Below, piece after piece: positions 1-9,567 of a DNA stretch of 64,000 bases. The notes under the pieces were generated by a model, which saw nothing but the letters and a program-made list of their open reading frames with translations, was not told where the DNA came from and made no database searches. Source of the stretch: an uncultured virus (IMG/VR IMGVR_UViG_2061766007_000557). Lineage: Duplodnaviria; Heunggongvirae; Uroviricota; Caudoviricetes. Each line of letters begins with the position of its first letter. Position 1 is the first letter of the stretch. The position numbers and the translations under genes were made by a program. The stretch is from IMG/VR virus record IMGVR_UViG_2061766007_000557; one strand, given 5' to 3'.

Positions 1-844
1 TTTTTGTACAAAAATTAGTATAATTATGAAAGAATATTGTAAAAAAAGATCTTGTAGTGAAGAAATTTGCCCAAATTGTGGTAAAACCTTTTTAAAGCCA
101 AATTCAGAACTATTAAGAAATGAAAAACTAGGAAGAAAAAGTTTTTGTTCTATTGCTTGTGCTACTTAGTATAGAGAAAATAATTGTCCTTTAACTGAAA
201 AACAAAAACAAATAAGAGAAAATTTTAAAAAGAACTGTACAGGATTAAAGGGAAATTTAAACCCTGGTCACAAAAGATGGAATGAATTCTCTCCTTTTAG
301 AGAAACATTTAGAAAAGCTAAAATGCATTCTAAACAATCAAATAGAGAGTTTTCTATAACACTTTAGGATCTTAAAGATTAGTGGGAAAAACAAAATGGA
401 TTGTGTGCATATACAAATGTACAACTAGTTTTACCATTATATAATGTTACACCATCTTTAACTGAACAAGCATCTTTAGATAGAATAGATTCATCTAAAG
501 GATATATTCCTGGAAATATTCAATATGTTTGTTCCTGTATTAACTTTTTAAAAAATAAACTTTCTGATTTAGAAGTAAAACGATTTCTTAAAAAAATTTC
601 TTCATTTACCTCAACTTTCGCAGAGGATTAGACTATCTCATCATCTCAAAATGAGATGTTGGACGCTCAAGCTGGTAATTAAGGAGACTTTACTCCTCCA
701 GTAGTCGTTGCACTTTATTTAGGTGTACCTAAATCTTAGCTCAGGATTGACATGCAAATGCTCAGTTCTGAGCTTTTTGTTTAGTGTTCCCTGAATTCAT
801 CCAATTTTTAACTATATGTCACCATATAGTGAGTCCGAATCTTA
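1..844 (-). mobile_element. Group I intron inserted in the tmRNA T-loop (3' end lies outside the window)
   Basis: Minus-strand core elements in the correct order: P UGAAUUCAGGGAA (787-799), Q AAUCCUGAGCUAAG (735-748), R GUGCAACGACUAC (701-713), S GAUGAGAUAGUC (631-642), P9-like hairpin (609-626). In P1 the exon GGGUU pairs with intron GACUC, with a U.G pair at the splice site. Confidence 0.85.
26..682 (+). CDS. Intron-borne HNH-like/Zn-finger homing endonuclease (TAG read as Gln), antisense to the intron
   Basis: ATG at 26 is in frame with the listed ORF 401-631. In-frame TAGs at 167, 365, 380 and 629; first TAA at 680-682. Motifs CPNCGK..FCSIAC, ITL*DLKD*WEKQNGLCAYT and SLDRIDSSKGYIPGNIQYVC..IN..K. 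Confidence 0.75.
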
Positions 845-1169
845 AACCCACGTGTTGATAAGTCTAAAATAAAAAATTATACATGCTTACATTTTATACG
901 AGTGCTTTACTCGAATGGAGTTTGTGAAACTACATTAGAAAACTAGGGACTATCTGGTGATAGTCACTCCACCAGTCCATTTAACGTTTGGACAAACACC
1001 AATAATTTATATGTGGAATCTTCTGTTCCTAGGTTTACCAACCCGAGCATTACGCAACCATTCTTAAATAAGAATCGCCTTTTATTTTTTGTAACGTGAT
1101 TTAAGAGGCAATTACATCCTCTGCATGTTCTTTAAATCAAATCATACCAGTCAATTCCAATCGAGCCCG
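845..1169 (-). ncRNA. ssrA: tmRNA, 5' exon
   Basis: 5' end CGGGCUCGAUUGGAAUUGAC resembles the tmRNA acceptor/D-loop. Tag frame after AUAAAA reads GDSYLRMVA-stop (1079-1050). Later AAGCAUGUA, then the T-arm start GUGGGUU, where the intron begins. Confidence 0.85.
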
Positions 1170-1369
1170 GAATAAATCCTACACCTACTTATTCTAGGAG
1201 TCGAAATAAGCTTACTTCAGATTTATAATCATAATTGGCCAGAAAACAAAACAAGCAACAAAATATATGAGTATTTCATCCATATCTGTTTCATCTTCTT
1301 TGATAACCATACGTTTTGTAAGTATAATTGATACTATTACGCTTATAATTAAATAAAATATTAACCATT

Positions 1370-1996
1370 TCATTCTTCATCCTCCTCTAAATAACCATTT
1401 TCCTCGTCCCAAAAATAATCATTATTATGTTTTCTAGGATCAATTTTAATATCAATTCCTTTAGATTTCCAATAATCTATTACTGTATTAGGATTAGAAG
1501 TAGGAGAATCTCCCATCATAATGGCAAATTGAAATCGTTGAGATTCTTGATCGGTACAATAAAAATCTTTACGATCTTCAATAAAATCAATTACTTTTTG
1601 AGCATTTTCAGGTCCAATTGTTTTTGCCAGAGGAGGAACATCTTTATAAGAACGATATCCAGGAGTTCTACGACCATTTACATCATATTTTTCATCAATA
1701 TAATTATCAGTAATAGTTCCTTTCTCCATATTATCAATTATAAGATCACAATGATCTTTAAATTTATCACCAAGATTATATACTTTTATATATTTATCAA
1801 CAACATATAAAATTTCTTCTCTTGAAAGATAATATCGTTCATATACACGTTCTTTTGATCCTTTGTATTTTTCATAGAGTTCATCATAATTAACAGAAGG
1901 CTGAGCACGAGCATATAATTCTTTCTTACATCTGTGTATTGCTTCCCTAATTATATCTTCTCTAGATAATCTAAAATTAGTAATATCGGCAATCAT
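1370..1996 (-). CDS. Hypothetical protein
   Basis: 208 aa ORF overlapping the stop of its neighbour. Confidence 0.7.
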   Translation of the reverse strand: MIADITNFRLSREDIIREAIHRCKKELYARAQPSVNYDELYEKYKGSKERVYERYYLSREEILYVVDKYIKVYNLGDKFKDHCDLIIDNMEKGTITDNYIDEKYDVNGRRTPGYRSYKDVPPLAKTIGPENAQKVIDFIEDRKDFYCTDQESQRFQFAIMMGDSPTSNPNTVIDYWKSKGIDIKIDPRKHNNDYFWDEENGYLEEDEE

Positions 1997-2409
1997 CTTG
2001 AAAATTCTAAATAAGCTTTTGGATTTTCTTTACAAGCATAAAATGTCATAATACAAAATCTAATTAAAGAAAATACATCACCATATCCATTAGGAGGATC
2101 AAATTGAGAATAATACTTTACATTATCAATTAATTCTTGTAATCCCTCTTTTACATATGGAACAATATCTCTTGCCTGAATTATTTTATGTTCTTCTCCG
2201 TGCCAAAGTACATCATATAATGTAAGTTTGTTAGCAATATAAATATTATTGCCAATATATTCTGGAGTTTGAAGATGAACTTGCATAGCACAGCGATTGC
2301 AATTATGTGTAATATTAAGACAATAACGACTTATCTGTGTATCAATATAATCACAATCTAAATCTGCACTACAATATTTTCTTTTACGTAAATATATATC
2401 AAGACTCAT
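1993..2409 (-). CDS. Hypothetical phage protein (MSLDIYL...NITHN...PPNGYG type)
   Basis: 138 aa ORF in a tightly coupled operon. Confidence 0.7.
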   Translation of the reverse strand: MSLDIYLRKRKYCSADLDCDYIDTQISRYCLNITHNCNRCAMQVHLQTPEYIGNNIYIANKLTLYDVLWHGEEHKIIQARDIVPYVKEGLQELIDNVKYYSQFDPPNGYGDVFSLIRFCIMTFYACKENPKAYLEFSR

Positions 2410-2701
2410 CTTCTTCTATAATCCAATCTTGTTCATAAATTTTGATATTATTATCTGGATTTTCTGCCATTTTTAGGAAACATACTATTAATTCAGAAGA
2501 TTTTACTTTTTGATGTAATCCTTCTGCAGAATATGCAATACCAATTGATTTATCAGAAGGTAAAATATTAAGAATATTATCAATTCCTTCATTTTTAATA
2601 TCATCTGGTTCATCCCACATTTTTAAACCATTTTCAATTAAGGCATTTAATTCGGAACGCTTGATTTCAAGTTTTAATCCATTTTCTTCATTAAGTTTCA
2701 T
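2399..2701 (-). CDS. Hypothetical protein
   Basis: 100 aa ORF coupled to the next gene. Confidence 0.65.
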   Translation of the reverse strand: MKLNEENGLKLEIKRSELNALIENGLKMWDEPDDIKNEGIDNILNILPSDKSIGIAYSAEGLHQKVKSSELIVCFLKMAENPDNNIKIYEQDWIIEEDES

Positions 2702-2730
2702 AGTAGTATAATTTTTAATAATTTTTTAAG

Positions 2731-2804
2731 TGGTCCTTCCTGAATTCGAATCAGGGACCTTCGCCTTATGAGGGCGCTGCTACTAACCACTGAGCTAAAG
2801 GACC
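2731..2804 (-). tRNA. tRNA with CAT anticodon (Ile2-like, or Met)
   Basis: Acceptor GGTCCTT/AAGGACC, D arm TAGCTCAGTGGTTAG, loop CT-CAT-AA, T loop TTCGAAT. Confidence 0.9.
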
Positions 2805-2834
2805 AAATACACTCTTTTACAGAGAGTGTGAGAA

Positions 2835-3032
2835 CTATAATTTAAATCCTTTTAATCGTTTTTGACCTAATTTAAAATTTCTATTATAATCAGACCAAGA
2901 TTTATAACAAGGATTAATCCATTTAGATACATACCAAATATTCCAATAAGTACTTAAAACATGATGAAATATATTCATTTTAAATACTTCTTGTCTATAT
3001 GGAGAATTTTTATATTGTTTAGCTTTTTTCAT
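2835..3032 (-). CDS. Small basic hypothetical protein
   Basis: 65 aa ORF between two tRNAs, ending at TAG. Confidence 0.45.
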   Translation of the reverse strand: MKKAKQYKNSPYRQEVFKMNIFHHVLSTYWNIWYVSKWINPCYKSWSDYNRNFKLGQKRLKGFKL

Positions 3033-3036
3033 ATTG

Positions 3037-3122
3037 TACCGCCCTCCGGACTCGAACCGGAACGCTCCTTTCGGAACACAGCATTTTAAGTGCTGGGTGT
3101 CTACCTATTCCACCACGACGGC
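3037..3122 (-). tRNA. tRNA-Leu(TAA)
   Basis: Anticodon arm CAGCA-CTTAAAA-TGCTG, long variable arm, GGTTCGAGTCC, discriminator A. Confidence 0.92.
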
Positions 3123-3273
3123 AAAAATATTTAGTATTTCACATCTTTTCAGATTACAACCTACAGCATTTATCAAGCAGTTGTACGATTGATTTAAAAC
3201 TACTAATAGTGTAAACTATTCTGTAACAGTAGGATAAATTTCCGGCTACTTTACTAAATATTATAAATTTATA

Positions 3274-3771
3274 TTAAACCAAAGGTTTAGCAACTTCTAA
3301 TAAATCTTTAAAGCAATTCATAAAATCTTCAGCCATTTCTTGTGTTGGAAAAGATAATGGATGTCTACCTTTACTCAAAGACCATATTTCGAAATCACAG
3401 CATTTACCACTTATACAATATTTAATAAGATATTCATTACTCCAATCAGGCTTCCAATCACCGATCCATGCTTGTCTCAGTGACATAAGTTGCGCCATAG
3501 CAACAAATGCTTCTGCAAGTTCTTTTGATGGCAGCGTAGTTTTCCATCGATTAGGAGTATTCATTAATGCCCATTTAACAGGATGTATACTACCGTTAGT
3601 CATAATATCATAGCCGAAGTGATTATTAATTTTCATCAATTCACAATACTCTACCCAACTTCTTGGTTTAGTATCTTTCTTTTTAAAGACTATCTTCTCT
3701 TGCTTAGCACTTTCTTGCCAGTCAATTTCATGATTTTCAGGAATTGTTATTTTTAATTCTTTTGCTGTCAT
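3274..3771 (-). CDS. Hypothetical phage protein
   Basis: Listed ORF 3274-3900; likely true start at MTAKELKITIP (approximate coordinate). Confidence 0.65.
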   Translation of the reverse strand: MTAKELKITIPENHEIDWQESAKQEKIVFKKKDTKPRSWVEYCELMKINNHFGYDIMTNGSIHPVKWALMNTPNRWKTTLPSKELAEAFVAMAQLMSLRQAWIGDWKPDWSNEYLIKYCISGKCCDFEIWSLSKGRHPLSFPTQEMAEDFMNCFKDLLEVAKPLV

Positions 3772-4019
3772 AATTCTTATTCTTCTTTTAAAAGTTTTGC
3801 TATTTCGAAACTTACATAAGACTAATGTGTGTTTATAATTAGTCCCAAAACACTTTGTTTTGTGAGTAACAAAATTGTAGCAATCACCACACGATGACAA
3901 AAATCGAAATGCATTACGTTGACCTCATATAAATGCAGTTAAACATCTATATAAGAATGCATTTCTTAACTATAAATTCACTTAATATCCTCTTCCTTAA
4001 CAATTTCAACGTTAAATTG

Positions 4020-4640
4020 TCATAGTAATCATCCAGAAGAGCTTCTACTAACCCCGTCACGTCATTTACTTTTTTATAGACGGCGTAACCTCACACGTAC
4101 TGTATTCTTATTAAAGATAATTACGTCTCCTTTTTACCGCTACAGCTACGCGGCACTTTTATACTTTGTGAAAGGTATAAAAGATTCTAATTCTCATATT
4201 ACATAGGAACTAGCAACTACGAGTCACATATCACGAATGGACTAGTACGAATGACTATTTACGACAAGTCATCATAAAACGATTTACTCAATCTGTGCTT
4301 TCTAATTTCCATACAAGCCCGTCTTCTACAACAGAAAATCCGGTGGTAAAGCTACGGTAAACATATTTAAGATGCATAACACCAGTTTCAAAACCCGTCA
4401 AAATAGTCGATTGATTTATATAATATACACGTCACCAAACAGGTTAAAAAGATTGTCAAAAATAAAGATTTTACAAGTTATCATCTTGTCACTTTGATCG
4501 GTAAATCTTTAAACCTTGATCACATACTCGTATAGCCTGTATGCTAGCATCAGGTCATTTAACCATCAGTCAGCCACTGATGAAGTGGGCTTTAGAGACA
4601 CAATAAAGTACGAATTTATTGTAAATGATTTTCTTCAAAC
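4020..4640. ncRNA. Candidate large structured non-coding RNA
   Basis: About 600 nt with no credible ORF, raised GC and many short inverted repeats, in a tRNA-rich region. Confidence 0.35.
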
Positions 4641-4642
4641 GA

Positions 4643-4909
4643 TTAATGGCAAGCTATATGAACACAATTACCATTCCTGTCAGATACTATTACATAATTA
4701 GTACCCCAAGAGTGATAATCACGAACATATAATCCATGACCAATGTATTCCCATTTATCGTCTTCAGAGACAATTTGTTTATTTTTTAAACTATCTTTTT
4801 GAATAATATTTACTGACGAGGTAAATGGTGATGGTACTGATTTGGGACCATATGCACGCTCACAACTCACTAGAGATATGAGACATAAAATAAATAATAA
4901 TTTTTTCAT
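4643..4909 (-). CDS. Small lipoprotein
   Basis: Signal peptide with lipobox, MKKLLFILCLISLVSC. Confidence 0.7.
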   Translation of the reverse strand: MKKLLFILCLISLVSCERAYGPKSVPSPFTSSVNIIQKDSLKNKQIVSEDDKWEYIGHGLYVRDYHSWGTNYVIVSDRNGNCVHIACH

Positions 4910-4987
4910 AATAAAATATTGTACTGCACTATATCATCTCGACATTGTGCAGTACTTAAAAACAATGCCAAATCATTAATAAAATAT

Positions 4988-5215
4988 TTATATTTCTAAA
5001 TCAATTTCTTTTTTCCATTGACGTTTTTCTTTTGCTCTTGCTAATTGGTTTAGTGTTTGATTATCTGCATGTCTTGTTGTATGTCCATAAGCACCACAAG
5101 ATCCTGCTTCATAATACTCAGCTTTAAACCAATATTTATCGAAACATTTAGCAAATCTTTTAGAAGGTTTGTTTTTAGGACGATAATCCTTTCGATTTGT
5201 TTTACTCATTTTCAA
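4988..5215 (-). CDS. Small basic hypothetical protein
   Basis: 75 aa ORF coupled to the upstream gene. Confidence 0.55.
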   Translation of the reverse strand: MKMSKTNRKDYRPKNKPSKRFAKCFDKYWFKAEYYEAGSCGAYGHTTRHADNQTLNQLARAKEKRQWKKEIDLEI

Positions 5216-5990
5216 GAATTAATTTAATATGAGTTTTTTCATTAAGTGTTATTCCAAAATCTTCATAAACTTTACTTTTTAAAAAAGGAAGAATGAAAGA
5301 CTCTTCATAAGTTATTTTATAAGATTTTGGAATAAGGTTTTTGAAAGTTTCTAAATAAATAGGAAAATAGTTCTCATGTAACTCCCGATCCCAATTAACG
5401 AGATATCTATATTTTAATAAGAAATGATAAAAATTCTTTTTAAATATTATAGATCCCCATTCTCTTTCAAAATCCAATAGATGAGATTCTTTTGTTTCAA
5501 GCTTATCATGTTTTAATGTTTGTATAATAGCTCGAACATCATCACTATCACTTAAATTATTTATTCTTATCGACGGCATCATATCTCTAATACATATATA
5601 ATTAAATGTATTAGAATATATAAAAGAATAAAATTCTTCTATTTGCTCTTTTGTACAATAAGAATAAACTTCATGAATTACACTACTTAAGATTAGACAT
5701 TTCTTTCCTTCTTTTACTTTAAGTAAATAATTAACATCTGATAAATTGCATAAAAACATTAGATTTTCTCTATTATTTTTACTAGCTAATTCGATCATAT
5801 CATGATTATTATCATACCCAATATAAAAGTTATCAGGAAATAATTGACTTAGGAGATTAACTAATGAGCCATCTCCACACCCAAAATCTACAAATACTTG
5901 TGCATTTACTTTATCAACAAAAAATGTTTTGTCAAACAAAGTTTTACGCATACTATCTGTATATAAGGTGAGATCAATAATATTATTCAT
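5202..5990 (-). CDS. Class I SAM-dependent methyltransferase
   Basis: Motif I VDFGCGDG, then GYD and LSSVIHEVYSY. Confidence 0.8.
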   Translation of the reverse strand: MNNIIDLTLYTDSMRKTLFDKTFFVDKVNAQVFVDFGCGDGSLVNLLSQLFPDNFYIGYDNNHDMIELASKNNRENLMFLCNLSDVNYLLKVKEGKKCLILSSVIHEVYSYCTKEQIEEFYSFIYSNTFNYICIRDMMPSIRINNLSDSDDVRAIIQTLKHDKLETKESHLLDFEREWGSIIFKKNFYHFLLKYRYLVNWDRELHENYFPIYLETFKNLIPKSYKITYEESFILPFLKSKVYEDFGITLNEKTHIKLILENE

Positions 5991-6143
5991 TTTGAATATC
6001 TTATATGTTCAATAAGATTATTTAACTCATCAATTAATTTAATACTGTTGTAATTGTATTTAGCTGCCATATTGACAACTTTTTCTCCAAGCTTTGTTAA
6101 GTCTTGAGAGTCTGCTTCCTGACTGGAAACAATTTGTTTAATC

Positions 6144-6464
6144 TTAGCCTTCATATGTTTTTATATAAATTAATTTTCTTACTTTTATATAAACTGCTCT
6201 TATTTTTTCTCCAATATGTCTTTGCCAAAATTCATATGGAAAACCAGAAGAATGAGCAATAGCAATTAATTCAGAAAGTGATACATTGGCATAATCATCA
6301 CTATTTATATAATGATCAGATTTTATTATTATTCTATCAGTTTCTCTAAAATGATATAACATATACATAGAAAATACATTATAAATCAATATAATATATT
6401 CAAACATGGCTGAGTGTTGACCATAAATGATAATATTTTCATCCGTTTCCAGACTTACACACAT
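6144..6464 (-). CDS. Hypothetical protein
   Basis: ORF of up to 106 aa; start uncertain. Confidence 0.45.
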   Translation of the reverse strand: MCVSLETDENIIIYGQHSAMFEYIILIYNVFSMYMLYHFRETDRIIIKSDHYINSDDYANVSLSELIAIAHSSGFPYEFWQRHIGEKIRAVYIKVRKLIYIKTYEG

Positions 6465-6721
6465 CCTTATTTCTAAAGATAATTACCATACAGACAGATT
6501 AAAGTTCTGCAACTACTACACAATGCTATATAAATTACTCCTTTCTACCCTAACTCTTGCGGATTCACAACATGCCTGCTGTTATTAGTTGTATACTTGT
6601 TTCATTTCTATACTTTCCTTCCGGTACTCATATAGCCAATATATTACAATTGGATAACTGTATTTTCACACTGTGTGCGCAATACTTTTGGTTTTACGAA
6701 TTATATTTATTTAACTTATTA

Positions 6722-6794
6722 ACATCGGTGTAAGATTTGAACTTACGACACTAGGTTTACTAAACCTATGCTCTACCTGCTGAGCTAACCAATA
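6722..6794 (-). tRNA. Atypical tRNA with AGT anticodon (Thr-like) or degenerate tRNA
   Basis: Full cloverleaf: acceptor TATTGGT/ACCGATG, GCTC..GAGC D arm, TAGGT-TTAGTAA-ACCTA, GTAAG-TTCAAAT-CTTAC. Confidence 0.7.
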
Positions 6795-7252
6795 TGATTC
6801 GGACTATTTTGTCAGACGTGATTGCGCTCTGAATCTTGCCAGCTTTTGACTGGTTTAGACTCAAACGCCCAACTGCTTTCACTACCACGCTACTTACTAA
6901 CATTATAAAGCTATCTTATGATTTCTCTCAGGATGTCATCCCTGATTTGCATTGACGTGCAATATAAGATAAATATAACATTTTAATTATGCAATAAGAC
7001 TGGTAATCTTTTTACATAATTACATCCATATTTTGTCAGTGTCACCACTCAAGTTACGGTAGTCAACCGCAACGCTATCTCCTTTCATTTCTGCCCGATT
7101 TTACTCCAGAAATAGCTATATGTCTGGCTTTCTTATGACCAGAGATTTCTCTCTGTGCAAGTTTACTTCAACTCACTTTCCTGGTTTATGTATTCACCAG
7201 TTATTCTTACGATGAGAAGCCCACCGCCTCCGAAGAGGAAATATTTTGATTC

Positions 7253-7459
7253 TTACCAAGGCAAGAATGCAAATTTTGTAAATTTACTTAAATCAGGATT
7301 TCTTGGATGAAAATAACACAATCCAAAAGTTAATCCTTCATTCTCAATCATACGAGTATATTTAATAGCTGATTTCCAACTTTTAAATAAATAATTCATT
7401 GATTCTTGAGAATGTAAACAAATATTTACTAATGTAGGATGTTGTTTACTCATCGACAA
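7253..7459 (-). CDS. Hypothetical protein
   Basis: 68 aa ORF coupled to apt. Confidence 0.5.
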   Translation of the reverse strand: MSMSKQHPTLVNICLHSQESMNYLFKSWKSAIKYTRMIENEGLTFGLCYFHPRNPDLSKFTKFAFLPW

Positions 7460-7961
7460 TATAAGTACAAATTACATCATCTTTGAATTTTTTCCATCCT
7501 TCGAGTTCTGGAATAGATACTAAGCAATTCACATAGATTTTCTTTACACCAATAGATTTTAGTAACTTTACAGTTGCCTCGATCGTACCTCCAGTTGCAA
7601 GTACATCGTCATGAATAAGTACTACATCATCAGCTGTAATAGCATCTTTGTGAATTTCTATAGTATCTTTACCATACTCCTTTTGGTATGTAATCGATAC
7701 AGTTTCTGCTGGTAATTTACCAGGTTTTCTTGCTGGAACAAATCCTGCATTTAAACAAGTTGCAATCATTGGTCCAAAAATAAATCCCCTCGACTCAATA
7801 CCAACCACTTTAGTAATACCACAATCCATAAACTTGTCAATGACAGCGTCCAGCACACAGTTCATAGATTTATAATCTAACAAAAGTGGAGTTATATCCT
7901 TAAACTGAATTCCTTCAATAGGAAAATCAGGAATAATTCTAATTTTATTCTTTATGTTCAT
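7446..7961 (-). CDS. apt: Adenine phosphoribosyltransferase
   Basis: IPDFPIEGIQFKDITPLL, GIESRGFIFG, RKPGKLP and the PRPP motif VLIHDDVLATGGT. Confidence 0.95.
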   Translation of the reverse strand: MNIKNKIRIIPDFPIEGIQFKDITPLLLDYKSMNCVLDAVIDKFMDCGITKVVGIESRGFIFGPMIATCLNAGFVPARKPGKLPAETVSITYQKEYGKDTIEIHKDAITADDVVLIHDDVLATGGTIEATVKLLKSIGVKKIYVNCLVSIPELEGWKKFKDDVICTYIVDE

Positions 7962-9011
7962 ATTTTATGAATATTAATCTATTATAAACAATATCTATTC
8001 TACCATAAAAACCTGCTACATACACTAGATTTTTTTCTAAACTTTCTCTAAATCCATTAACAAATTTATGATATTCTTTATTATTTTTATTATATGATTT
8101 TGGTACAATAAATAATCCTTCTATTTGATACAACATACAAATATTAGTCTATTAAACACTTTATATACCTCAATAACTTCAAAAACGTCTCCATATAAAT
8201 AAAAAACGTTACCATAAAATATTTCAGATTCTGCAAGTATCCAATGTTCAGTTATGATTTTAGCATTTAAACGACTTATTAATTTTAATATAACCTCTAT
8301 CATTAAAGTATTTTAATAAATATTAATTTCTTAATTGGTATAAAAGCGGATTTATAATTAAATATCATAGCATTGAACCGAAAATTAGAATCTGATCCGA
8401 AATAAATATAATAAAATGTATTAAATTTTGTCTTAATGAGAAGATCCATACACGTTTACAAATACTAAATCTTTAAATACTGCTAATACTCTTCTAATAT
8501 GATGGAACCTCGGTTTTCCAGTTTTCATCCAATTAATCATCCCATCATCTATTTCACAATAAATCCATTTATAATTTATATATTCCAATGTTTTAATCAT
8601 AAAACTCTGATCATAATTAATTCATTTACTAGTATTGTAATTTTCTTAGCACGTTCTCTAATAACATGATATGATACTCCAAGACAATACGATTTATCTA
8701 ATAAACATTCAATCATATATTTAAATGTAGCATTATCACTAAATTTATCATAGTATGATTTTGTTTCTCCTTCTACTAATACTTTTGGATATGAATAATA
8801 ATTATTACAATCTGTTATCATAAGCATTTATATAAATAAGATAATGTGCTTTTATAAGTACAGCATGTTTAGTAGTTCGTACATAATTTTTCCAAAAATA
8901 TTTATTCTGCGATAAATTACAACATTCTACAGCAGAAATGAGTGTACGATTAGTAAATGAATCAAATTTAATTCTTTTCTTTGTTTTTATTTGTATTTCT
9001 ATTCTATCCAT
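7945..9011 (-). CDS. Run of overlapping small (55-76 aa) hypothetical ORFs
   Basis: ORFs 7945-8136, 8121-8303, 8597-8827 and 8805-9011, plus an unlisted one of about 55 aa at about 8433-8600. They share an LI(F/Y)I-type C-terminus. Confidence 0.5.
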
Positions 9012-9116
9012 AAAATATTTTGTAGGGAATTGGCGCAGGTCACCCTACTATGTACTCTTTAGCCTATATTGTACTTTGATTAGTCTTTCCTAATAGTCAT
9101 TAGTTAAGGTAAAAAG

Positions 9117-9190
9117 CGGCACTAACGGGACTTGAACCCGTAACCCCAAGCGTGACAGGCTTGTACTCTTACCAATTGAGCTATAGTGTC
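9117..9190 (-). tRNA. tRNA-Asp(GTC)
   Basis: CAAGC-CTGTCAC-GCTTG, GGTTCAAGTCC, discriminator G; one acceptor mismatch. Confidence 0.9.
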
Positions 9191-9328
9191 AAAATAAAAA
9201 GTGCTGGCTGCGGAGGCACACCAGCTAAATAGAACGTAAACCTAACAAAAAATAACCTTACCATGAAAACAAAGCACTCTTCTTCTCTCCACATTTAAGT
9301 AATTTGACTAAGACATTGAATAATTTAG

Positions 9329-9402
9329 TTGCAGGAGTAGGACTCGAACCTACACATGCCAGGTACAATACGTGTGAGTCTATCCAATTGCTCCATCCTG
9401 CG
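9329..9402 (-). tRNA. Degenerate tRNA-like element with fMet-like acceptor and poorly paired anticodon arm
   Basis: CGCAGGA/TCCTGCA-A with C1:A72 mismatch and intact T arm GTAGG-TTCGAGT-CCTAC; anticodon arm irregular around TTG. Confidence 0.6.
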
Positions 9403-9410
9403 TTATTTTG

Positions 9411-9482
9411 TTGCGGGGGCTGGATTCGAACCAGCGACCACAAGGTTATGAGCCTTGCAAACTACCTCTGTTATACCCCACT
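9411..9482 (-). tRNA. tRNA-Met(CAT), initiator-like
   Basis: CAAGG-CTCATAA-CCTTG, 1:72 mismatch, GGTTCGAATCC. Confidence 0.88.
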
Positions 9483-9491
9483 ATAAATTAG

Positions 9492-9567
9492 AAGATATGA
9501 TAGGGTTCAAACCTATGTCGCCCCACCGATGTTACTGGCGGAGAGTAATCCCTTATACTACATATCC
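9492..9567 (-). tRNA. Atypical tRNA-like element with extended anticodon arm
   Basis: Acceptor GGATATG/CATATCT, T arm ATAGG-TTTGAAC-CCTAT, central arm CTCCGCC-AGTAACATC-GGTGGGG. Confidence 0.55.

Noticed and set aside
4574..4620. CTGATGA hammerhead-like core
   Set aside because: No properly placed stem II and GAAA, and no matching cleavage-site arm found.
9258..9486. Listed ORFs 9258-9443 (-) and 9304-9486 (+)
   Set aside because: They overlap tRNA genes and are shadow frames.
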